NCBI RefSeq assembly: GCF_009914755.1 | Contig: NC_060942.1 | DNA length: 64,000 nt | Reading direction: 5' to 3' (one strand) | From: the human T2T-CHM13v2.0 reference genome, Homo sapiens | In this document: one piece after another, positions 14,581 through 27,353 of the stretch | Numbering within the stretch: position 1 is the first letter of the stretch | How the letters are laid out: each line of letters opens with the position of its first letter | The notes under the pieces: generated by a model | The model's database searches: none | The model's input: only the letters and a program-made list of their open reading frames with translations | What the model was told of the DNA's origin: nothing | Translations under genes and position numbers: made by a program

Positions 14581-16129
14581 GTGCATTTATTAAACATGAA
14601 AATTCAGAATCTTTGTCACAAAAAGAAAACAGAACCAAATTCATATAATTTGACAAAATAATCATCAATAACTAAAAGAATGTTTTTTAAATGGTGATAG
14701 AAATATATTATTACAAGATACAATATAATAAGTAAGAAAGTATTTTTTCCCAGCAAGAGATTCCATTGTATGCTTTATTTCTCTAAAACACTGAGTGAGG
14801 GGATCGATAAAAAAAAAATAGACAAGGATGGGATAACAACTTGATTTGAAGCATAAAAATTTCTATGAGATGAAATTCACAAATTATTACCCCTTTAAAA
14901 TGTAAAACAGATTTGAAATGGCATGACTTGACTACCTGATATATAGTTTATTACTGGTTTACCCAAGGGATTGTATACAAAGCTCTCCATTTTCTTAAAA
15001 AAAAAAAAGTAGAACCAGCTGGTAGATATATACAGTGCCCTTCAAAAGCCCCTGTTAAAGCCACAAATAATTGCAAAACTTGTTCAAATCAAATGGACAA
15101 TTTATTTTATGTATGATTTTGCAAAGCCTTTACAAATATCCATGGATGGCTTTGCACCCCATTTGAAAGGATTTGCTATAAAACTGCACTGGCATAAACA
15201 AACAAAACTATTCTCAATATTTATACTTATAACAGAAACCTATGAGGTTCTATATTCAGTTGTGGTCATGAAAATCCTTACTCCCTGGGTTTTCATTGGC
15301 TATAGTCTAATATACAAAACAAACAGGGTTTTCCGTTTAAATGTGACACACATACATTCCGTTTTGGTGTCCGTATTTCAAGCATTTTTCAAAAATTCAG
15401 TCACAAGGGAGAAAAGCAAAGAGATGTATACATTTTAAAACATACCATAGCCTTCTGTAATATAGAAACGATTACATAAACAGGAGTGAAATTGGTTTTT
15501 TTAAAGTCTTTCCTCCAAGTTTTTGGCCCCAGAAGAGGTTGAGAATTAGGAGATGGAGAAGAGAGGGAAAAAAAAAGGAGTATTGGCCAGTAAAATGCCA
15601 AACAAAGCAACTGAGCTAGGATAAAAATTGAAAGGTGCTTGCCAAGACAAAAGCACAACTTAAGCTGCAGCTCTGTCCTCCCAGAGACTACACAGGGCAG
15701 GGAGCCTGATGCTACTAACCTAGGGTTTCTAATGATTCCAATCCTGCATCCTCACATCAGAGGACAGGAAGGAGAAAGCAAACGGCTGTTCAAACAGCCA
15801 TCACCAAGTAAAACAAGGGACACTCCCTTGGCTCCTGCAGCTTAGGTATGCCTCAGGAACCTTTTGTTGTTATTGTTCTCTTTTTTCTCTGTCTCTTTGT
15901 AATTCAGAAGTGTAGCTTCCACGTAAAGAAGAGAAGTCAAAGGGAGAAAAGACTTTCTTTACAAAACAAGCTTTCCAAACACACCTGTCCCCTATTTTGA
16001 CGATTGTGTGTACCTGTGCTGATATTAGAAGCATGATCTGTAATCCTCCAATTTACCCCACAATTTCCTGTCACCTAGAATCTCTGTGGCAGTTCATTCT
16101 CTAAAGTTCATACAAATACGAATCCCAAG

Positions 16130-16410
16130 AGTGTGGTTGGGGACACATGACAGAGGCTGGTCCAGGGCCACCACTCCCAGTGGAGCCCAGGAATCTGCAG
16201 TTACAAAACACATCCAGCATATCAGGATGTGGGGGCACCCACTTTGAGAAGTACTGGGGCATCAGTTAGAGCCACAGTTTTCCTAATTCCAACTGTCCCT
16301 CAGATCTGGAGCACTGTTGAAAATACATATTCCTGGGTAGCTCCAAGAGATACTGAAGCAGATTCTTCTAGATGGGGCCCAAAAGTCTGAATTTCACCAA
16401 GCCTCTCCTC
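16130..16410. mobile_element. Two adjacent MER5-type hAT-Charlie elements
   Basis: gagcccaggaatctgca...cactttgagaagtactg, then tgttgaaaatacatattcctggg...ggggcccaaaagtctg. Confidence 0.6.
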
Positions 16411-17439
16411 TGCCCACCCCTTGACCTCCCCACATACTGTCTGATGGCAGGAAGTGAGCTGTAATCTCTTTCAGGCTCTTTGGGAGGCACGTTGCCTACA
16501 AGTGCCACGAGCTGCAGTTGAAGAGAAGATAATAAAGTTCAGAGCCTCAAGTACCAGGCGAGTATCAGGGCAGATGTTAGTCATCACCCCAAACAAGAAA
16601 AGTGGACCCACAGTGCACCAAGAACTCCAGAGAACCGAGTGGTATAAATGATGAAAGTACTGATAATCTGAACTCAGGAGGGGAAACTACCAAAAAAAAT
16701 AGCTGAAGACCAAACAAACAAAAAAACAAAAGAAACCTTTTATGAGGGAAAATGATTTGCCATTTTCCACAAGGCAATCTGCATCCTGAACACAAATAAA
16801 TGCACCACACAAGAGGATGTAATTTTGAAACAGACCTAGAAATCCTCAACGTTGCTTTCAAATCTCCCCCACAGGACTCACCAACACTCAATGAGAGTCT
16901 GTTCTTAAACAACCTGAAACCACGAACACCTAAGCACATGTGAAATATCAAAACAAAACACTTCCCCCACATCCCAATCCCGGCTCGGTGATGAAAAGCA
17001 GTCGTCATTTGATTCAATCAGACCACATTCAAAGCAGGTGGTTCTGAGCATTATTTGAGCACACAGTGCCAGCTCCTTCTCCACACGCACCAAAATACAT
17101 GCGGATACTTTTTTAATGACACATGAAGAATTAGAAAGAACGGTTTCAAACCTTTTTGTGGGTAAAATTTAATCCCCACATTTTTAGTTAAAAAGCATAA
17201 AGAATATCTTACTGAGAAAATGTGCCTCAGAAGAGCAGCAAAGCATAAGGAAATACCAAGAAATTAAAATAAGAGTTGTGTGAAGTCTTCATATCAAAGC
17301 CAGTCAAAATGGGATTTCTGCGGTTATTTTGCCTCTCTTTGGCAGGCTCCTTTAAAAAGGCAGATTCAAGATATTTTTTATTTATTTAGATATATTTATT
17401 TATATTTGCAAATTAGATGCCAAAACAGCAACAAACGTG

Positions 17440-17650
17440 GGCTAGAGAGGCACATATTTCTGAACTCCAATCCCTTTCTATTTATTAACTATATGGCAGG
17501 AGTAATATACTTAATCTTATAGCTCAGTTTGCTCATCTGTGAAATGGGAATAATATATACTGTTTGACAGATTAAATGAGATTACTGATGTACTATACTT
17601 AGCAGAGTATCATACACGTTGATATGAATAGTACATGCAAGTGTTTATTA
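17440..17650 (+). mobile_element. MIR SINE
   Basis: ctcagtttgctcatctgtgaaatgggaataata core. Confidence 0.75.
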
Positions 17651-20600
17651 TCAACAACTGCTGAAATTAACCTTTATTTGACAAAAATAATTTAGATAGT
17701 TTGATTTAGAATGGAGCAAAAAAAAAAAGAAACTGAATAATCACATAAAATATGACTTAATAACTTATTGTGTAGTTCAGGCACGTTAGCAACCTCATTA
17801 AAGGCAGACACCATTTCCTCCACTTTCTCCATAAGGCCAGAGAAAGGAATACGGAGATGACCTGACCATTCCACATAAGTAAGTGCTTAACAAATTCTTC
17901 AATTTAAAAATAAATCCCATTTGGACTGCACCAGTATTTTTACAAACATCTTCAGTGCGGTATAGAAATGTTGACATAGAAAAGGAATGACTGAGAATGC
18001 TATTTAGTTGAGAGAGATTAGAGAAGATATTGGAACAGTATTAATGGAAAGGTTAAGAAAAAGCAAGGAGAAAAAAGGAAGTCTTTCAAAAGATGATTTT
18101 CCATTAAACTTCAGTTGATTATGGGGGAAAAAAAATCCAGGCTATTAGTCTGCAGTGTTGGTTAATAGTTTTCCTTATTTTGAGAAAACAATGAAAACTA
18201 ATGAGTTACATCCAGCAGCTTTAAAAAATGAATTCTGTGCATAATTCGTAAGCCCTTCACCACATGCCTCTATGCAGTCCTTCTTTTAGTTAAGGTTTCA
18301 AATTAAGGTTATTATTTATGAGAAAAAGTTGGAGAGACATTAAGAGCTATAACAATACCCCCAGACCATCATGGGGGCGGGACGGCGGTGGTTCCATTCA
18401 CAATGAATGGAAGACATACTCCAGGCCAAATATTTAAACAGGGGTGCAAAGGATACACACACAGCAATCCGCAGGCACCTGTCACTGCAAAATTCAACAC
18501 TGACACAATCGAAAGGGCATTTATGTTCACAAATCAAGCAATTATATCCCTAACTATCCATCTGCATATGCAATTACCCAGTCTGTTGCACAGAGAAGCA
18601 GATTTTTGCAGGTGTTTCCTTACCATCTTTCCTTCAAAATCCAGTTGCCCTTTATGTCCCCAAATCTGGGCACATACCAGTTCTCTAATTGAATCTTCCT
18701 GGCACTATGGTGAGGATCAAGTGTTATGTTTTCACATACCGCGCTCACACACAGAAGATTTTGTAATCTAATCAGGCTCTTGCTCCTGATCACCACTTAA
18801 CTAATAGTTTAATGGGCTCCGTTTACACCTTGATGTTAAAGCATGTGCAATGTGCCTCATGACTCCTTTGATGAATCTGTTCCTAGGTTCTCTGACACAT
18901 TCCAATTTTGCATATGTACTTTAAAATCTCAGCGTTAAAACTCTGGTATGCCAAGTAAAGTTAAATAAACAGAATGACAAAGCAGTAGACAGAGAAAATG
19001 AGCATGTGTGGTTGAGGGCAGTGCATTTAATCAAAAAGGAGCTTTTTTGAATTTTGGAATCATAGAAATTCAAATTGCAAAGTGTTTTCTATACTCAGAA
19101 CTTGTTAAACATTTTGTTCCGATTGGTGCAAATTGTGCGTCTGTGCAGTCCTATTATACTTGAGAAATCAATAACTTCTCAGCCCTGAGGAAATCTAGGG
19201 ACCGGTTCCCCTTTATGTCAATCTCAGACCTAAGTTAATCTCAGACTCAGCTTCATAGAATCTGAGGAACAGGACATCAGATGGCATCAAATCCAATAAT
19301 CATCACAGGAATAGAAACCAAGGTCCAAGTAAGTGCAAAGATATACCATGTCTCAGACTGTGCTTAAAGGATTGATTCTAGAACCTTCTTATGTTTGAGA
19401 GTATTTCTAACTTTAATTTCTTCACTGTATGAATTTAATGTTCATGTTCTGCTACACAATCATTTATATGCATGCTTCTTTAATTTCCTAGATTTTCCTG
19501 GATGTACAGTTAAACAACAAAGTCTATTTAAAATAGCAGTAATTTGCAGTTCTAGAAAAGAGAAAAGTTGGGGGGTCAAACTTCTTTCTTCCTTACAGAA
19601 GCTTCTAAAAACATAATTAATATGTTCTTTTTAACAAATATTCTACACTACCTTTAAAGCATTGTTATTTAGATTTGAACAAGACACAGATTATTTTCTA
19701 CTTGCTGTAAATTAGGCAAGCCTGCCAGGCAAGGAGACAACCAAACCTACAGCTCAAGTCTCCTGACTTCTTATCTTCATACCAAGGATGAGATATTGCT
19801 GGTCCTGAGATAGATCTTATTTGCCCTGCACAGGATTCTTGGAAATGTTAACTGAATGAATGAGGGGGCACGAATGCCCCAGTTGCCCTAAACTCACCTC
19901 TCCTTAACATCTGCTTCACTCATTCATACTATCTGGCTAAAGCCCAAAGTCAGGTGCATTGTCAAGGCTCTGCTCTATACTCACTGGTCACCACTGTGAC
20001 CAAACTGTTAAGAGGGTAAGAGAAGGAGACACATACACATATCCACCAACACCTCCACCCACAAAGACAGGCCTCTCTTGGAGAATGGACAAAAGCCATC
20101 GATAGAGCCAATTTCACATCTCCATTGACATAGCTACCAATATCTGAGAAGATATAGCTATTATTTGGTATTAAAATACTCGGGTAGAGGACCTCCATAT
20201 CTGTTCACATGTTACCAGTAGTATTTTTCAAGACGACAGGACAGTCAGCATGAGTGGCACAGTGACCCTAGAAAACTGTCCTAAACAAAGTCTATTTTAA
20301 AAAACAAGAAACTAAATACCATTACCAACTTGAAAGGCCTTAATTTAAAAAACCTTTTGGGCTGAGTTAGCATTTCACAAAACTCTTCTGCAGAATGTTC
20401 CACATGGGAGGTATTTCATGAAAAAAGGAGTTCTCTGGTCAAAGCAATTTGGGAATCATTACAAATAATATCACTCTCTAGGGGTGTTTTACAATATTTA
20501 ATGCAGAATGGACTGAAAATAAAATTTCTATTAACATGTCTTGAAACAAGCTTTTTTTTAAAATGCTGGTCTACATTATTCTTTCAGAAGGCTCAATAGG

Positions 20601-21261
20601 AAAAGGGAAGTAATGTAAATGATAAATTACTGTTTTCTGAATTATATGAAATACATTAAAAGCAAATAATGGAATATAGTATAGGCTTCAATATTTACAC
20701 ATCTCCTTGATAATTCTTGAACACAGAAAAATGTGGGAAAGTTAATTTATAAATTACTTGATGAATCTTATTAATATATTGTTTACTTAAGTTTGTGTAA
20801 ATTAATACAAAATTACACAAATACACAAAATACATATCCCAAGTAAAATATCCAAATACCAAAATGCCTTTGTCTCTCTGCAAAAGATGTGACAGTAGGT
20901 TCTTGCCTTCAGTTTTTGTAGTCTACAGTTTCTGTAGACTAGTTAAGCTAGTCCTTAATCCAATTTATTTCCCCAGGTCAAAGATCCTGCACCTGTCCCA
21001 TCAACCCAAATATAAACAGCAAGATATATTTCACATACATTGAAATAATGTGAGGTGGTGAAACCAACAGACTTAGAAGATTGAAAAATATTGGACTTGA
21101 GGTCACATTTGATTTTGTAAATGTTTTCCTCATTTTTATATTACTTTGCATATACTCCCCTACTTAAATATTATATTCTTAAATAACTACTCCAGTTGGC
21201 ATTGACAGCTAGATTTTTACTTCTCTGACCAAAACACAGCAATGTGATTGAAATATTATGG

Positions 21262-21286
21262 ACACACACACACACACACACACACA
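21262..21286. repeat. (CA)n microsatellite
   Basis: Pure AC run. Confidence 0.9.
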
Positions 21287-23101
21287 GATTAGTCAGGCAT
21301 GTACAACCAGGAAGAAAAAGAAGTGAAGCAATTTTAGTCAATACAAGCTCTTCTCCAACTAATAAAGTAACCACAAACTGTACATATATTCTATTTGAGA
21401 AAAAAAAAAAAAGAAATGAAAAACTGTGGAATCACATGAAAGGTGGTTTGGATGCACACAGAGGAAAAATGGCCAGTGAGAATAAAGGGACTTCTCAGCT
21501 AAATAGAGAGTCTTTTAAGATTAGTATTATGATTTAAGTCTACTTCAAAATGGTTTCAGCCTTATTAAAATTACATTAAAACTAGCCCTGATGCATTTGC
21601 ATTTAAAGGGTTGCCTCACTCTACTTAGCAGGCGCTGAATTCAGTCCCCATTGATTTATAGTATTAGGGCACTACAATCACAGACATTTTTCAGGATAAA
21701 GGACAATAATACCCTGACCAAAAGGGTTTAAGGATGCAAGTCATCAGGAATGTGAATAAGAGAACTACATTTATTTGCACAGCAGAACACATTCACCTGC
21801 AACATTAAAACAACCCAGAGAATGCTAGACAAGGGAATTACTCTTCTATTACATGGAAGCCTTACCAGTAGGACCACATTCAATCATGAACATTGTACCC
21901 TTGTAAGAACATAAATCTTGAAAAGGAAAGAGATAATAAACTATTTTGTTATTTTAAAGCATCTCAGTTCAAGTTATTAACTTTGATCCTTTCAATCCTA
22001 TACTAATAGAAAGGAGTACCTTATTGCAACATCTATAAAGATCTGAAACAGATAATGAAGCCTTTCTTTAAAAAAAAAAAAAAAGAAATCTACACAAAGA
22101 AACACAGCTCAAAGAAGTGGGAGTCTTTACTCTCTTTTAAAAGACTATAAATGCATTCTTAGGTCTGGTTCTTTAATCATCAAGAGCTCAACCACAGGGT
22201 TACTGGTTTATTATTTTAACCAATTCACAACCTGTTTGATTCAGACTGTTGACTCATTTAAGCCAATAGATAAGTTGTTTCAGTGTTTTGCACCAAGTGA
22301 CTTATCAAAAACCTACATTAACATGAGAGAATCAAAAGCCAGAACTAAAGTTCCCATTTCTGTCACACTTAGCCAGCCCAAAAAGTCGGTGGAGAATATA
22401 AGAAGGTATTTGGGAAAAAAAAAAAAAAAGAAGGTATTTGAGATACAAAAGTTGGATACTTGGCCACTTATTTCTACTCCAACTGTAGAATAATTTAACT
22501 TTTAAATCTTGTCCTAAACATACATAGATGTGAAAGAACTTTAGAAGTTCAAAGTGTCACATAAAATCATTATATTCATTTAATTATGAGAGTTGTTCAG
22601 CAAGTACAAGGTTTTATGAGAGCTAATTCTGTTCTACAGTTTAGTTATTAAAAGAAAAATGTGAAGCTAAAAATTCCTGGGCTGCAAATAAATATACTTT
22701 TAAGGACCAATGTTTTTAGGAACAACCAAATCAGTTTTTGGAGATGTCACACTTTGTACATTAGTTTCAATATCAACACAGAAAAATACACATTTAACAG
22801 GCGTGACAAAAAAGGACAACAAATAAGATTGATGTTGTAGAAAACAATGTCAAAAAATTGTATACTAGGCAGCAATTCCTTTAACAGCAATATAATCTAG
22901 ACCTAAGAAAAGAGCCATTTTCCACCGCTCTTTAATTATGAAAAGGAATTTATGTTCATTTTTTTAAATGTTGATTTCTGAATCATTTGAATAATTCACG
23001 ACCTGTCCTTTACATGGAGGTGAGTGGTGAGGTCTTTTTAATTGAGGCAAGAATCATTTCCAAGAGTCGTCTGAGTTCTTCTGCATTTTTCCCTTTCCTA
23101 G

Positions 23102-23670
23102 GTTTGGGCATCAGGAGGTATCTTCAGGTTCTCTCTTCGTCTGCTTCCTAGTGTATAGCCACAAGCCTACTATACTGTGATACATAAAACCCAGAGATGT
23201 GGCAAATGAAAGTGGGAGCAACAAAACTACTACAGCGTAAGCCTGTAATGCAAGGCGGAGGAAGGAAAGTAAATGCTTAAAGTTTTCATACAGCTAACTC
23301 TGTTGATAGCTGCCAAGTAAAGAACCTAAATTCAAGTGCTTTATAATTGTTACAAATTGTGCCAAAGTACAGCGTGTTACAATAAATTATGAAGCTTATC
23401 TAAATTATAAAAGTAATTAAACTTTCCTCAGATACTCATAACTCTGCCCTCCATAAATTTTCTGTTCATTGCATATTCAATACCTATGTGTTCCAGTAAA
23501 ACAAAAAAACTAAAAAAAAAAAAAACCAGAAGAAAGAACAATCTCCTAAGAACGATGATGCACAAATAGGCATACAGCATAATCTAAACTGCAGAAATGC
23601 ATGAACAGTTCCTCTCAAGATCTTCAACCATAACAAATGTTAATAAAAATATTTATACTAGAAACAATTC
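23102..23670 (+). ncRNA. TCF4-AS2: Probable terminal exon of antisense lncRNA TCF4-AS2
   Basis: Seen: strong acceptor ttcttctgcatttttccctttcctag|g (AG 23100-23101) and AATAAA at 23381 and 23642. The gene name rests on recalled position relative to MIR4529. Confidence 0.5.
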
Positions 23671-25299
23671 TCAGCTTTTTTGAAGTTTTGTTTTCCTCTT
23701 ATTATTATAGACATTTGTTTTAACATGAGTTTTCTCCTCCATCCCAACATTTCCTACTGCTGCATGATGCCATAAATCTTTGTTAGCATATTACTGTACA
23801 ATCTGTCACAATAATAACAAAAATAATGAAAGCCATAGTAACCCAGTTATATAGTCCTTGCCACTTGCAAGAGTCCCAACTTCTTTATATACTCTAAATA
23901 GTAGAATATATACAGGATCCATCAATTGCTGAAACACAGCAGTCTACAATGGAATACAGCTGCTGCTGAGAATCAAACTGAACAAGAGCTGTAAAATTAC
24001 AAAAAAAAAAAAAAAAAAAGTTTAAAGCCACAAGAGAATATATGGAGGATACCATTTCCAAGTTTAAATTTAAAGAAAGACCAAAAATGGCATCCTGATA
24101 CTCGTAAGGCAAAAAAACATCGTTCTTTCTAAAGGTTCAACCATATTTCCACTGGGAGCAAATCAGCCGAGCAGGTGTGTTAGTGATGAAGGAAACCCTT
24201 ATTCTATTATAAATATCTTCAATAATCAGCAAACATGATGAACAAATTTTTTAAACACATATAGGTTAAAGAACAAGTTTGTCAAAGGTTCCCAGAATTT
24301 TGTTTGATTTTTGTTTGTGTACCTAGTTTCTGAATCCTAAATTAGGCACTTCTATTTCAGTACATATTCCAATTTAACAAAAACATTTATTTTATAAACA
24401 GAAAAGGAAATGAGCTTGAATAAGATATATTTATGCAATTACCATATCTAATAGTCAATTACATGTCCTTATATGAACAGATAAATAATATATGCACATA
24501 CATTTATCAATCTTGTCTATGAGGGAAAGAGAGAAGAAATTAAAAGAAGAGCAAACTATTATATACGGCATGCAGTTTTCATTATTTCATATTTGCATAA
24601 GGGGATACAATATTTGTCTTCAATAAGGCTACAAATTACAAATGATTAGTTCAGATCTTTTTAAACCAAACTAAAATATACAAGTTATTAAGTATATCAT
24701 TCAACCTAGCAGTTATATTTGTTATAACTATTTACCTTATTTTCCTTATTTTATAAATTAAAAGCAGGAGGAATGTTTGAGTTCATGTAAAGCTATTAAA
24801 ACATTAATTATTTAAAGATCAAGTTAAATGTTTTAAAAACAGAAGACCTCACAATATCCAGCGGGGGGAAAATTATGAGAAGTGAATGAGAGAACAGAAA
24901 TCAGATCAGATGTACTGTACTTTAAAGTATCCATTAACTAAAGCTACATGAAATTGGAAGGGGAAAAAAAAACCTCTGACATCCACATGAATACCAAATT
25001 AATTCATTATGATCAGTGCTACTACAATGAACACAAAATTAATTCATCACAGTGGAATACACAAAGCACTACCCACTTGTTATACCTACTGACAAAAAAT
25101 AATAGGACGATTATCCTCCACCAGGGTGACACACGTGGCCATGGGCACTGCCAGCTTGTCAGTCACACAAGTGTTTCCTTCCCTGGGAGTCTACACCAAG
25201 ATATTTTTACAAGGAGGCTCTTTATCAACCACATTAAATGAAGCATAAGATGTGAAGACCTAAATTACCAATGGTTTTCCCTCCTGCTGTTGCTCCCTG

Positions 25300-25425
25300 C
25301 CAGGGCTGGGTCCGGGGTTAAGCAAGTACAGCACCTGGGGGCAATATTTAAGGGGGTGCTCACACACTCAGACTTCTGCAAGCGATGGCCCTCGCCTTAC
25401 ACAACCCTGACAGTGAGTCCCACAG
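25300..25425. mobile_element. MER96-like hAT-Tip100 fragment
   Basis: cagggctgggtccggggttaagcaagt...atttaagggggtgc...ctgacagtgagt. Confidence 0.5.
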
Positions 25426-26630
25426 CCCTACACATGGTAAGCCTAGACTTTAAAGCATAATCACCTCCCTTATTCAGGGGCCCAGGGTTTCTGCCATACC
25501 AGAGTAGACCAGCCAGTCCTAACACCTGCCAGTGTCATGACCATGGTCAGCTGTCTTCTCTAAGGCAAGCGCTCTGGATGTCAGTTTCTTGAGAAAGCCT
25601 TATGTAAACTTACGAGCGTGAGACCAACCATCAGGGTTCTGGGGTCTACCACAAGACTTCGCCATAAGATACGGAAAAATCAAGATGACTTCGTGAATCC
25701 CCCCTTTTTACCTCCTCTGAGTCTCTAGTGAAGAGAAATGGCTGCTGACTTTTGTTTCCCACGCCATCAGAGATACAAGGACCTGGCACCTGAACCTCAG
25801 GGGCTCCGTCTACTTCCACTTCTAGCACCAATGGCTTAGTGTTGTAAGAGTGTCTTTGCTCAGTAACTTCAAGGGGACTTAGCAGGTGGAAAGTCACACG
25901 TAAGACAGGAGAGAAACCTTTCCTAGAGAGGATGAGTTTCTCCTTGGTAATGAGAATGTGATGTAATGTATCTTCTTCCTTTTATTTGTAAGTACCCCTT
26001 AAAATACCCCTTAAATCCCTGTGGGCAGTTAGGAAGTAGAGTTTTCATGTACCATCCAGAATACAAGATTACACTTATGGAAATCTTTCCTCTTTCCCTT
26101 GACATGGTGAAAGTTTTTGTTTTTTAGATCTTCAACGATGGGTTCATCTCAGACCCTTTTCCAGAACAGGTCCAAGAAATGCAAATGTTAGCCAATGTAA
26201 TGAAAGGCACCCATTTAATATCACAACTTGCTAAAGAAGAAACTTGTTTACTCAGAATTTTTCTTGGAGTATACAGGGACTCAAAAGATGGATGCTCCTT
26301 CCTTTGCTAAACTGCAATTTTGTTCTTCATCCTTATTACTTAGCCTTTGTGGGGTGCTCATGCTATACCAACACATCTGCACATCACAGATGTGATACTC
26401 AGGTAGGAAGAAACAGGAATCTGATACAACGTGAGAGCCTAGCATTCTACTCCCACCTGAGAACAGGGTACCAATAAATGTGAAAGCCTTAGTAGAGGCA
26501 ATACGTTTAAGCTCTGTGTGTGTGGCTAGGGAGGCACAGTAACAGAGGAGTTTTAGCACAGGGTAAAGCATATTCTAAAAGAAAACTAGACTTTTTCAGC
26601 TAAACCTAGCTCCATCTGTTTATGTAGGAC

Positions 26631-26786
26631 AGAAGTACTCTAACTTGACTGTACATTAGAATCAACTGGGGAGGTTTTAACTACTCCCCCCACCAACAAT
26701 TTAATTGGGGGTGGGGTCAAACATCAGTATTTATTCTCCAAGCTCCCCAAGTGATTCTAATTTGCAGCCAGGTCTGCAAACCACTG
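26631..26786. mobile_element. MER5A-like hAT-Charlie element
   Basis: acattagaatcaactggggagg...agctccccaagtgattctaatttgcagccagg...aaccactg. Confidence 0.75.
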
Positions 26787-26859
26787 ATATCCAGGCCAGA
26801 TGGCCATATATCCTGTACCTGGGGAAAGAGCATTTTTACTGTGAGGGGACACAAATCAG

Positions 26860-27353
<494 letters not shown>

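Noticed and set aside
23010-23111. Minus-strand small ORF MPKPRKGKNAEELRRLLEMILASIKKTSPLTSM
   Set aside because: Only 33 aa with weak flanking splice sites; the composition is explained by the plus-strand pyrimidine tract.
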